A DNA stretch of 56,239 bases from Octopus bimaculoides (taxonomy: Eukaryota), in NCBI RefSeq assembly GCF_001194135.2, contig NC_068998.1, forward strand, positions 44,614,853 to 44,671,091, read 5' to 3'. A model generated the notes under the pieces. The model searched no databases, had not been told where the DNA came from, and saw nothing but the letters and a program-made list of their open reading frames with translations. A program made the position numbers and the translations under genes. Within the stretch, counting starts at the first letter, position 1. Each line of letters begins with the position of its first letter. Below are positions 1-11,293 of this stretch, in pieces.

Positions 1-320
1 ATATAATGTATATATATATATATAATGTATATATATATATATATGTATGTATGTATATATATATAATGTATATATATATGTATGTATGTATATATATATA
101 ATGTATATATATATGTATGTATGTATATATATATGTATGTATGTATATATATATGTATGTATGTATATATATATATATAATGTATATATATATATGTATG
201 TATATATATATATATGTATGTATATATATATATAATGTATATATATATATATGTATGTATGTATATATATATATATATAATGTATATATATATATATACG
301 TATGTATATATATATATATA

Positions 321-375
<55 letters not shown>

Positions 376-400
376 TGTATGTGTGTGTGTATGTTTATAC
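1..400. repeat. Compound (TA)n/(TATG)n microsatellite
   Basis: Near-pure TA dinucleotide interrupted by TATG and TAATG units; the source of ORFs 47..235 and 117..419. Confidence 0.95.
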
Positions 401-454
401 CCAAAATGAATTTATATAACACTTTAACGAGCTCAAAGGCTACAGCCATGTATG

Positions 455-486
<32 letters not shown>

Positions 487-550
487 GGAGAGATAGATAA
501 ACGGATAGATAGACAGATAGATAGATAGATAAAGGCATCTATCTATCTAT
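455..550. repeat. (GATA)n/(GA)n microsatellite
   Basis: gatagatagatagagagagag...atagatagat, followed by the complementary atctatctat. Confidence 0.9.
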
Positions 551-1033
551 TTAACTCTCTGTAATATGTCTGTATGTAGGTATGTATGATATATAAGTTT
601 GTTGCAGTCTTACAGTCTTTGGGGTAGACTGTGTTAGCCAATTTCAATTTTCTATAACTAAACACGTATTGGTTGCTCCTAATAATGTCTCAGTCCCCGT
701 GTCGAGCCTACTTAAACTACTGAAATGTTCTTCTGCCGTTTTAAAAGCAGATAATGACCTTGTTTCAGTTATATTTACAGTGACTTTGTCTCACTCTCTT
801 TTGTTATGTTATAATTTTTTCTATTTCAGTTGGCATTATATTATATTAAAGAAATAAGTATATAATAGCCTTGTAGGAGTCAACTAATTTACGAGATGTT
901 GTGTTTGTTTATGGCGGTATGTGTGATAGCATGATTTTCCATACTATATGAAGAAATTTCAGTCACCAGCCTTATATGACCTCACTTATATTGTATGAAA
1001 TATTTGCTATATTATCAATAAATAATTTTGAAT

Positions 1034-1070
<37 letters not shown>

Positions 1071-1075
<5 letters not shown>

Positions 1076-1239
1076 AATATATGAGTATATGCATATATAT
1101 GTACATGTATGTATATACGTTCATCTACATGTACATATAGATACATAACTGGGTACATGACGTGGCAAAAGAACAAGGACAAAATGGTAAACAAGGTGCA
1201 ACAAACAAGCAGGCCACATAGAAACATCCCCTTCATCAG
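1071..1239 (-). repeat. Near-identical copy of 1824-1992, ending at an N-gap
   Basis: About 170 bp match with 3 substitutions (tacgt/tatgt, tgggtac/taggtac, aacaag/aacgag). Either a second repeat copy or an allelic/assembly duplication. Confidence 0.85.
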
Positions 1240-1675
1240 NNNNNNNNNNNNNNNNNNNNNNNNNNNNNNNNNNNNNNNNNNNNNNNNNNNNNNNNNNNNN
1301 NNNNNNNNNNNNNNNNNNNNNNNNNNNNNNNNNNNNNNNNNNNNNNNNNNNNNNNNNNNNNNNNNNNNNNNNNNNNNNNNNNNNNNNNNNNNNNNNNNNN
1401 NNNNNNNNNNNNNNNNNNNNNNNNNNNNNNNNNNNNNNNNNNNNNNNNNNNNNNNNNNNNNNNNNNNNNNNNNNNNNNNNNNNNNNNNNNNNNNNNNNNN
1501 GTCTTGAACGCTGTGAAGCACGAACAGGAGGGGCAAAGAAGTACGTGCGAGCTTGGTGATTCCAAGAACGAAAAGAAATAGTAGGCGGACATACGTGACC
1601 AAGGTTGTGTGAAGAGAAAGAGTAGCAGAGGGAAAAGGAGGGGAGGAAGTAGAATAAAAGTGAGCAACGAGAGGT

Positions 1676-1706
<31 letters not shown>

Positions 1707-1824
1707 TAGTAGTAGTAACGGTGAGAGGGAAGAATGAGAGGGGGAGATAGAAATAGAAATAGTCGCGTTAGAAAAATAGTTAAAACTTACTGTATAAAGG
1801 TAACGCATGCGTTCTGTCGTGATA

Positions 1825-2130
1825 CAAACAATATATGAGTATATGCATATATATGTACATGTATGTATATATGTTCATCTACATGTACATATAGATACAT
1901 AACTAGGTACATGACGTGGCAAAAGAACAAGGACAAAATGGTAAACGAGGTGCAACAAACAAGCAGGCCACATAGAAACATCCCCTTCATCAGCTGCCAC
2001 CATTAAAACTCTGGCGTTTCGAAGAATTAAGACAGTACACATCGTTAAAATGGTTCTTTCCATGAACACAAATTAAATTGTTTTCGTGGAGGGTAGTGGC
2101 GGACGGAAAACAAGACAGGAAAACGAAACG
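1825..2130 (-). mobile_element. Dispersed repeat fragment of unassigned class
   Basis: Non-microsatellite block, partly duplicated at 1071-1239; sequence (ctgatgaaggggatgtttctatgtggcc on minus) recalled as a common octopus repeat. Class not established. Confidence 0.4.
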
Positions 2131-2522
2131 GTATGTATTTGTATTTCTGTGTGTGTATGCATGTGTGAGTGTGTGTATGAGTGTAAACAATGCATACATG
2201 TGGTAATGGTAGTGGTGGTGTCAGTGGTAGTGACAGCAGTGATGGTGGTTAATTGTCAAACCAGTAAGAGTTATGTATATATATATATACATTCATTAGT
2301 TCACTATTTGGCATCATGTTCCCATTAATGAAACAGCTGTAAGGTAACAAACGTTTTGTCAATTATATGTGTGTGTCTGTGTCTGTTCACATATATGTAT
2401 GTATGTGTCTCTATGTCTCTATTTATGCTGCCAAGCCTTCCAGAACCACCTTCATATCTCAATCAATTTCTAATATTTGGTGCACCAGCATACACTGTTT
2501 GGACTCCACTGATTATTGTATC

Positions 2523-2575
<53 letters not shown>

Positions 2576-2590
2576 TTTTTCCAATCATTT

Positions 2591-2782
2591 GCCATGCTGG
2601 ATTGTTGAATTCCACATATTTCTTTTCATTCTCTCTCTATTCATTTCATCTTATTCCTTTCTGTTGAAGAGCATAAGCCCAAAATGTAAAAGACTTCTCC
2701 ATTTTTCCTGACTAGCAAACTAATACACTTACTTGTTGTTCCTACACCTGTCTTTGCCTTTTGTTTTTTTACAAATTTGAAC
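2591..2782 (+). mobile_element. Short dispersed repeat with degenerate hammerhead-like motif (Penelope-like pLTR?), copy 1
   Basis: Homologous to 9573-9769 (gccatg..gat, gaagagcataagc, ctaata, ctacacc, tcttttg/ttttgtttttt); both copies lie between (TA)n tracts. Confidence 0.6.
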
Positions 2783-2930
2783 TATATATATATATAGTAA
2801 TACGTCACTTTACGACCACCCACTTTATGGGAACCCCAGGTTTACGAGTTTTATTTTCCATTTATCAGTTTTCACTTTACAACCATTCTACAGGAATTAA
2901 TTAACTCATATATCGAAGTATTACTGTATA

Positions 2931-2987
<57 letters not shown>

Positions 2988-3106
2988 NNNNNNNNNNNNN
3001 NNNNNNNNNNNNNNNNNNNNNNNNNNNNNNNNNNNNNNNNNNNNNNNNNNNNNNNNNNNNNNNNNNNNNNNNNNNNNNNNNNNNNNNNNNNNNNNNNNNN
3101 NNNNNN

Positions 3107-3163
<57 letters not shown>

Positions 3164-4258
3164 AACTCACACATGCATACATGCATATGTATAAATGTCT
3201 GTGTGTGTCTGTGTATGTATATATATATATGTGTGTGTGGTTTTGTGCATCTAAGTATGTATGTGTAAGTGTGTGGTGACATTTAAAAGATATCATAGAT
3301 GTTTTATTTCTTTTGTCACTCTCATCAGTGCCGTACATACTTAATGGATATTCAGTTATCTTATCAATTCAGCTTTTATTCTTTGTGTTTGTTCTCTATA
3401 TACTTAAAATAAAAGTGAATGTAGAGGCGAGAGGGAGAGGGGGAATATTATAAAATGTCTTTGTTTCTTATAAATATTCACAAACATCCTAATTTAATGA
3501 GTACATTTCCATTCAGCATCATATGAATGAAACGATCTTCATCATCACACACACGTTTAACAGATAATTAATGTTACTCATTTATTCTACAGTAATGCCC
3601 TTTCATATAGCTGCTTTTAGTAAGATCTCTGATCTGATGTGATCTGATTTGATTAGATTTGATCTGATAATCTGGCTTTAAAAAAAAAAGAAAGGACTCA
3701 GGTATTTCAATTTTGTCAAAGTTAGGTAGATATTTACCATTTATAAAACATTTAACGATACGATGAAACCAAGCAAAAACTATGAAATGTTGTGCAATAT
3801 TTAAACCCATCAACCCTTTGAAATGAAATTATTGAAGAGAAAACTTGGAGATTATACTGATGGAATTGTCTCAATAAATACATCGCAATTACAGGTCATT
3901 AACAGAGAAGTTAATGAAATCAACTATCAATACAGTTTATGTACAAAATTGAGTATAAATACACCAGTTTTCTATTGCTATTAGAGCAGACACTTTTCTT
4001 TAGTGTGGACTAATCTCATATCATCTTCACTAAAATACTACTAAACTTACTTGTATTTATTTACTCCTCTCGATATCCAATTTGTCCTGTCACATTCATT
4101 CCAGCACCGCTACAGTGACTATTTTGTTCAATCCTTCCTCTTTAGAATGTCATTCCTCTGGGATTGGCACTTTGTCCTTGTTTTGCATACAGCCATCAAC
4201 TAGTAACAATTAAAGAGAAACATTAAGTTGATGATATAAGTCACGGAGGATCTGTGGT

Positions 4259-4306
4259 AGCCAGGATCAGTGCCAGCCAGGATCAGTGCCAGCCAGGATC
4301 AGTGCC
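4259..4306. repeat. Perfect 16-bp tandem repeat x3 (AGCCAGGATCAGTGCC)
   Basis: Units at 4259-4274, 4275-4290 and 4291-4306; a degenerate unit (aggatctgtggt) precedes them. Confidence 0.95.
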
Positions 4307-5129
4307 TTCTTTCTTCAGACCAAATCATTAAAGAAATTATCATCATCATCAAAAGCATCATCATCCTTACCAAAATCAGTAACATCATTATTGTCATCAT
4401 CACATGTCAACATTATTGTAAACATCATATTTCCACAGCTGTTTTTTTNNNNNNNNNNNNNNNNNNNNNNNNNNNNNNNNNNNNNNNNNNNNNNNNNNNN
4501 NNNNNNNNNNNNNNNNNNNNNNNNNNNNNNNNNATCATCACATGTCAACATTATTGTAAACATCATATTTCCACAGCTGTTTTTTTTCTTTTTTTCATGG
4601 AGTTGCAGAGTCCTGGGTTAAAGAAAGGACTAAGATGAGGCCCCTAGCATATATTTAAGCATATATCATATCTTCAGGCATTCGCTGCCCTCTACTACTT
4701 GGTCAACGTTATCAGTGGAAGTGCTATGTTAGCAATATTAAGAAAAAACCAATAGTAACTAAGAGTCATGACATCTAGGAAACACTAAATGTCAATGAGG
4801 TAAGAAAAAAGAAAGCTGGCTGATTTATTCAGAACTACATTGCATTGGTGTGTTTGGTGGGAAGGTACTAAAATGGAAAACAACCATAAAGCGTGATAAT
4901 GCTACCAAACAGTACTTTCATTTTGGTGCATATTCTACTGGTACAGAGATACCAATAAGTGAGGCTGTCTGGATTGCACACAAACTGGTGAAATTGTACT
5001 GCACACGCTTGTACAGTGTTTAAGCATTGGTAAGTTGTGGCTTTATGTCAAATAGCCATTGTTAATATGTTGGATGGATCCTCTTATCAGCGAAATCCAT
5101 CATGAAGATTGCCCCACCATCCTTTTTTA

Positions 5130-5375
5130 ATATGGCATAGCAGGCAGTTTGGTAGCTGTTACCAGGTCGTGGGTTCAGTACCTGGACAGATCAGTGAATT
5201 GTGTTCTTGAGCAAGATACTTCATTTCACGTTGTTCTAGTTCACTCAGCTGGCAAAAAAATAAGTAATCTGCCATGGACAAATGTCCCATCCAGGGAAGT
5301 CGGGAAATATATGTGCCATGGAAACCAGGAAACTGTCCCTATGAATCTGTATGACTCGGGAAGGACCTATGTTCT
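5130..5375 (+). mobile_element. SINE family B2 (tRNA-like head + CORE-like body + tail type 2), degraded
   Basis: gtgttcttgagcaagatacttcatttcacgttgttctagttcactcagctg body; tail (catccaggga, tatgtgccatggaaaccaggaaac) shared with 47310-47540. Confidence 0.75.
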
Positions 5376-5604
5376 TAGATCTGTGAGGTTCCTTGACTGG
5401 CTTTAGTTGGAGACTCACCTGTATCGGGATCGTTGCATCATCATGTATTCATAAATGTTATATAGTCTGTCGAGGTTTCATTTACCCATCGGTCACCGTT
5501 TGGTTTTTGTTTTATTCCTCAGTTGATTTTATGTGACCCCTGACAAATATTGCAGCTTGTCTTTGTAACGTCCCCTTCATCTAATACCTTAGTGGCAAAA
5601 GAAG

Positions 5605-5835
5605 AAATCACCATCATTGCCACCACCACCACCGTCATCATCATCATAACTAACACCACTACCATCACCACCACCATCACCACCACCACCTCCAACATCA
5701 ACACCACCACTATCATCATCTTCGTCAATATTTCATCATCATCATCATCACCACCACAAATACCACCACCATCATTGTTGTCATCATCATCATCATCATC
5801 ATCATCATGTCATCAACATCGTCATTATCCTCATC
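5605..5835. repeat. (CAC)n/(CAT)n trinucleotide low-complexity tract
   Basis: Runs of accacc/atcatc; the source of the Thr/Ser/Met/Val-rich ORFs. Confidence 0.9.
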
Positions 5836-6120
5836 ATTTTGAATATATTTTCCCCTACTTTTCCTTCTTTGCCTTTCTGTGATTTGTCTGCTCGAATCGA
5901 TTGAGAGAACTATGGAGAAATAAAATGTTGAAATACTGAAAATGTCAACGATGCGAGCCATGACAGAATTTGGTATTTTCAACCTACATATATCTTGTAT
6001 TCTTTGTCTTCATAGTTTATCTGTTTTATTTATTATATTTATTAACAGTCATTACATAATTATCGGTTCTTTCTTCCGTTAAATATGATTTTAATATTTA
6101 TAACAAGTGCAATATGTATT

Positions 6121-6155
<35 letters not shown>

Positions 6156-6201
6156 TGTATATGAAAGAGAGACTGTCTATCTATCTATCTATCTATCTCT
6201 C

Positions 6202-6261
<60 letters not shown>

Positions 6262-6293
6262 TGTGTATATATATATGTATGTATATATATGCA

Positions 6294-6541
6294 TTGGGTT
6301 GGTGCATAATTATTGCGGCTTTTTTTCAACAAATTTTATTCAGCAAAAACAATAACATGTAACAAAAACCTCTTTAAATGATTATTCCAGAACATATTCA
6401 TCATCTACTTCAATTATTGCTTCCCATTTGCTTGGCAGACAGTCAGACCGCCGTTTAAAGATGCTTTTGTTAAATATTGTCATTGTTTTTGTTGAATAAA
6501 ATTTCTTGAAAAAACGTCGCGATAATTATGCACCAACCTAA
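6294..6541. mobile_element. Mariner-derived MITE with 64-bp inverted arms and a transposase C-terminal remnant
   Basis: Ends TTGGGTTGGTGCATAATTATTGCGG / CGCGATAATTATGCACCAACCTAA resemble the Hsmar1/MADE1-type TIR; arms 6294-6357 and 6478-6541 match 57/64; minus strand reads DCLPSKWEAIIEVDDEYVLE*, like a mariner transposase end. Confidence 0.9.
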
Positions 6542-7069
6542 CATATATGTATGTGTATATAAAGGTGTATGTTCATATGTATGTAGACACAAACATGCAC
6601 TCACATATTTATGTGTGCAATATATGTATGTATGCTTGTGTGTGTGTGTGTGTACAAGAGAGATGTGTGACATTAGTGGGGAGAAGTGTATTGGAATATA
6701 ACAGTGCACATGCTTTTATAAACACCAAGAGTCAGGAGTTACTCTAAAATACTCTTAACTGGGAGGATGGGGTTTGGTCTACTCCCAAATAACCCCAACA
6801 AAGAGCCCAGTCATGGGGAAGTTGACAGCAGTATAGCCTCATGAGCAGTTAAGAATAGATATATAATCTCCTGTTCCATTGAGGTAAAATCAGTAAAAAA
6901 AAAAGTGAACTTCATCCAGTGGAATATATCATTTAACGTACATTGCATTAGAATAAGAGCTGCTAATAGTTTCCTGCTGTACAGATAGTTAGGCAAGTTT
7001 TTATAATGTGCCTAACCATGTGTCTTAATGGCAAGAAATTATTAGTAGCTCTTATTTTAATACAGTGTA

Positions 7070-7416
7070 AAAGGGTAGAGACCACCTTCAGTCATGAATG
7101 ACCATGGGATGCACCTAGTAAGTTCCCCTTTGAGGCACAAGTCTGGACAAAGTTGTTAATAGAAGACCAGCAGTCGCCCATGCATACCAGCCTCCACTTT
7201 CCATGCCACTGATGTTATCCAAGGGAAAGGCAAAGGCTGACACAGATTTGACACCTATGTCGTAGCAACTCCTCATTTCTACAGCTGAGTGAACTGGAAC
7301 GATGTGACATAAAGTGTCTTGCTCAAGAACACAACACACATCCCGGTCTGGGAATTGAACTCATTAACTCATGACCATGAGCCTGACACTGTAGCCACTG
7401 AGCAATGCACCTTCAC
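7070..7416 (-). mobile_element. SINE family B, full length, 13-bp TSD
   Basis: Reverse complement of 45592-45925; flanked by TTAATACAGTGTA (7057-7069) and TTAATGCAGTGTA (7417-7429). Confidence 0.9.
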
Positions 7417-7447
7417 TTAATGCAGTGTACATTAAATGTTATATATA

Positions 7448-7508
7448 TCATCATCATCGTTTAATGTCCGCTTTCCATGCTAGCATGGGTTGGACGATTT
7501 GACTGAGG
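7448..7508 (-). mobile_element. SINE family E 3' tail fragment
   Basis: catcatcatcgtttaatgtccgctttccatgctagcatgggttggacgatttgactgagg is the reverse complement of 13174-13234. Confidence 0.85.
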
Positions 7509-7591
7509 GAGAGAGAGAGAGAGAGAGAGTAGAATACTTTGTTTTGGGATTTGGTTTGCAAGATTCTTTATGTGAGTTCATGTGTTGAACC

Positions 7592-7802
7592 ATATTTTGT
7601 TGTGTCTGGGGAGAGTCGTTCTCCTTTAGTGCCTTATTATCTAACACACTCACTGGTAAAGTTTCCACTTATTTATTTTACAAAAAAAGTTGTTTTGCGT
7701 CTTGCAACCTTTTCAATAGTCAGTGACTCTGTCCGTTATCTGAGATGCGTTAAATAATAAGGCACTAAAAGAGAGTGAATCTCCCCAGACACAACAAAAT
7801 AT
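7592..7802. mobile_element. Foldback MITE with 54-bp inverted arms
   Basis: 7592-7645 versus 7749-7802 match 49/54 as inverted repeats; 103-nt spacer. Confidence 0.85.
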
Positions 7803-7926
7803 AGTAGAATAAGAAATAGATATTCCTTGGTACAGTATTATACATTTGAAAATATGAAAAGAAATGACATTTCTGATAATTTTCTCCACTCCAATAATTA
7901 ATTATTTATATATAATTACATGTTAT

Positions 7927-8142
7927 CCCATTAGCATTCAGATTACTCCGTCAGAAGTAATGGTTATTTATTCACATTTTAATTAATCATGTATTACCTC
8001 GTAGCTTCGAGATTTCAATGATCTGATTGTTTGTGTGCAGAATGACATAGTAGGGTAAGTGTGAGAGGCCGGATCTAGTTATTTTAAACATATAACAGAT
8101 AGAATTTTCAGGCCTGATATGGCCAGTTTAAATGCTAGAGGG
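7927..8142. mobile_element. piggyBac-type MITE family F1
   Basis: CCCATTAGCATT...AATGCTAGAGGG termini with TTAT/TTTAA flanks; internal similarity to 32743-32953 and 55588-55794. Confidence 0.75.
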
Positions 8143-8619
8143 TTTAACACCAAATAACTATATATGTTAAATGTGTGTGTGTCTAACCCATGCTAGCATA
8201 GAAAAACAGATGTAAAACAAACACACACACACACATATAACCTACCATTCATCATACACAAGTGTAAAATCTCCTGAGAGATATATACTACACTATGTTA
8301 AAAATTATAAATGTAAAACAAACTTGCAAGTTACCATAAACATATATATCAATGCCAGTTTTTTGTAACTGTATTAAAGTCTACCGTCTTGTTAGATATA
8401 TGACGCCAGGTTTGTCCACCACGCCTACCTCAACTGTGTTTTATCATGCATCCCTTGCATATCAATGAGATATTTGGATTAAATATACAATATATGTATT
8501 TGTCTTTGAGACAGATTCCTTACAACAGAATTTTCAGGATGCAATCTCTAGTAATCTTTTCCACGCATCATTTGGACTAACATGATGCATTATGTCTCTG
8601 TACATGCAACAGTAGGTGT

Positions 8620-8954
8620 GAATATGTGTGTTTATGTGTGTACAGATATATACACACACATACATACATTCATATATACATACATATATGTCTATATACA
8701 CACACTTACACACATACATATGTATATGAATATATGTACGTATGTGTTTATATAAAATAATGTATGTATATGTGTGTGTGCCTATGCATATGTGTGTGTG
8801 AATATCTGTATTTATGAGTTTATGTAAGAATGTATATATATATATACACACACACACATACATGTATATATATGTATATGAATATTTGTATTTATGTGCT
8901 TTATGTGTTTATATAATGTGTGTGTTTGTGTATATATATGTGTTTATATAATAC

Positions 8955-8985
<31 letters not shown>

Positions 8986-9082
8986 ATTATATCTCTATGT
9001 ACATACACATTCATATATATAGATATATTATATATAAATGAATATATGTATTATGTGTGTACATACATTTATATATTTCTAT

Positions 9083-9130
<48 letters not shown>
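8620..9130. repeat. Degenerate (TA)/(TG)/(CA) microsatellite field
   Basis: Alternating purine-pyrimidine low complexity over about 500 bp. Confidence 0.9.
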
Positions 9131-9137
<7 letters not shown>

Positions 9138-9572
9138 TGGTTTGTGTATGTATATGTGCACACACTTCCACATAGTTTTGTGAGTGTGTAAGAGGAATAA
9201 CGTATGTAACTACTCATGTTGATCACTGAAAAGACAGACAACAGTATAAAACATCTAAGAATATACATTGAAGCATGCATAACAGAAGTAACTGCTTCCT
9301 TGAAAACAAAACATTTCTTCTTTATTTTATTTTGTTTTATTTTACGTTTTTGTTTTTGGCTTTTTACAATTTTGCTTCTGTGTTGCAAAATATTCGGTAT
9401 CAGTTACATTCATTTAAGTTTTTCAATAATACAAGACTGTCTTAGATCTCTTGATGCCTAATCTATACTGGGAAAAGCTTCAGGTAGATAACAATGCAAT
9501 CAATGATTACATGTGCTCTCTGTCCTTTGTCATATAAACGAATATATATACATATATATATATATATATATC

Positions 9573-9769
9573 GCCATGGTAGATCACTAGCCACTACACA
9601 TTCTTTTCTCTCTGTGTTTCTCTCCTTGTTTCTTTCTGTGTTCTTCTCTGTGGAAGAGCATAAGCTCGAAATGTTAAAGACCTTTTCACTTCCCGAGCAT
9701 TATACTAATATATCTGTTTGTTTTCTACACCACCTATCTTCATCTTTTGTTTTTTTGTAAATTCTTCCT
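9573..9769 (+). mobile_element. Short dispersed repeat with hammerhead-like motif, copy 2
   Basis: ctgtgga-a-GAGC-ataa-GCTC-gaaa-tgt-t-aaag at 9648-9679; homologous to 2591-2782. Confidence 0.6.
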
Positions 9770-9885
9770 ATATATATATATATATATATGTTTATTATTA
9801 TAATAATAATAAACTTATTGTATGTCTGTGTGAGTATATGTGTATGTATATATATATATATATATGGATGGATGGATGGGTGAGT

Positions 9886-10295
9886 CATAGGTGTGTGGAT
9901 GTGTGGTATAAAGCTTGCTTCCCAGCCACATGGTACTGGGTTCAGTCCCATAGTATGGCATCTTGGACCAGTGTCTCCTACTATAGCTTCAGGCTGACCA
10001 AAGCCTTATGAGTGGATTTGCTAGATGGAAACTGAAAGAAGTCCATTGTATATAAGTATATATATATATATATATGTGTGCATGTCTTTGTATCTATGTT
10101 TGTCCTCCACCACCACTTGACAACCGGAGCTGGTGTGTTTATGTCCCTGTAACTTAGCGGTTTAGCAAAAGAAACTGATAGAATAAGTACATGGCTTTAA
10201 AAAAAAATAAGTGCTGGGATCATTTCATTCAACTACAAATACTTCAAGGCGGTGCCCCAGCATGGCCACAGTCTGATGACTGAAATAAGTAAAAG
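9886..10295 (+). mobile_element. SINE family C, near full length, internal (TA)n/(TG)n
   Basis: Head aagcttgcttcccagccacatgg..gggttcagtccc; body gaccaaagccttatgagtggatttg; tail gatagaataagtac..ggcggtgccccagcatggcc..gactgaaataagtaaaag; many homologues in the window. Confidence 0.9.
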
Positions 10296-11293
10296 GGGAA
10301 AGATATATATGTACATAACTTTTCCTCTTTTCTGCTATTGCCCCTTTGTTGCCCAATACCTTATCTTGTGTACCCAGCGTAATAAGGAATAAAGGATTAA
10401 CATAGCTGGGCTGTCCATGTTGTTCAGTATTTCTTACTCTCAGCATCCACTGCCACTAACAATCAATCTCTCCTTCTCCATGTGATTCTTCATTGATTCT
10501 TCTACCATTCTCTCGTACCATCAACCATCTTTACTACTCACCATCTCCTTGTCACTCTTATCTTTACCTCTCATTATTGCTACCCATCATATGCTGCTCA
10601 TACTATTCTGCTATTTGTTCTCTTTACAAGTAACTAACATTTACTACATGAAACTATCACACTGTTTCTCTCTTTCTCTGTCTATCCCCCCCCTCTCTCT
10701 CACTCTCGCCTCTCTTCTCTCATTCTTTTTCTCCTACTCTCACTATGTCTTCTATCACCCACTTCATCATTGTCACTCTCTTGATTATGCTGTCTTGAAA
10801 TAGTAAATACAATTTGAAGATGAATCTGTAGTCTTTCAGGAGACAAAGTAACTCCATTGATGCTGATGTCATAATTAAATGCACTCCATTTAGTCTGTAA
10901 CATTGTCGGTGAAGGATCAGAGACAATGTATGCTAGAAAAGACACTTTACTCTTGACAAGGATATGACAACGTCTCTAGTATTGGTGCCATGGTTAAATA
11001 TAACCTATACAACCTGTAAAATGAGTGGTGGTAGGAAAGACATTCACGAACAGATTTCATGTCAAATTATATCGTAGAATGAAATGTGGCTAAGTGCGCA
11101 GTAACTTTGAATGAGAACTGACATACAGTGATGGCCTTTCCATCCAATGCCATCATGGAGAAAAAACGATGTAAAATGATGGCAGTGTAGCTAAGATATT
11201 TGCTTCTCAATGTCTTAGAAACAGCTTGAGTTTCAAGTTGCTTCATAGCACCATGGCCAAGTGGCTTTTACCTGAGCCTTAGGTCAACCAATG

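Noticed and set aside
1982-2030. Minus-strand GAAA and CUGAUGA boxes (ttcgaaacgcc...ctgatgaagggga) suggesting a hammerhead
   Set aside because: The order would require a type-II topology, but the 23 nt between the boxes lack a UH site and cannot form both helix III and helix I; only a weak helix II is possible.
4394-4587. 54-bp direct repeat on both sides of the gap 4449-4533
   Set aside because: Identical sequence flanking an N-run is typical of unmerged contig overlap.
4799-5023. 75-codon open frame (GKKKESWLIYSELH...RLYSV*)
   Set aside because: No recognisable motif; open stretches of this length are expected by chance in a window this size.
10700-10945. Minus ORF with protein-like SDPSPTMLQTKWSAFNYDISINGVTLSPERLQIHLQ
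   Set aside because: No family match recognised, the donor is weak, and the 3' part is (GA)n-derived.
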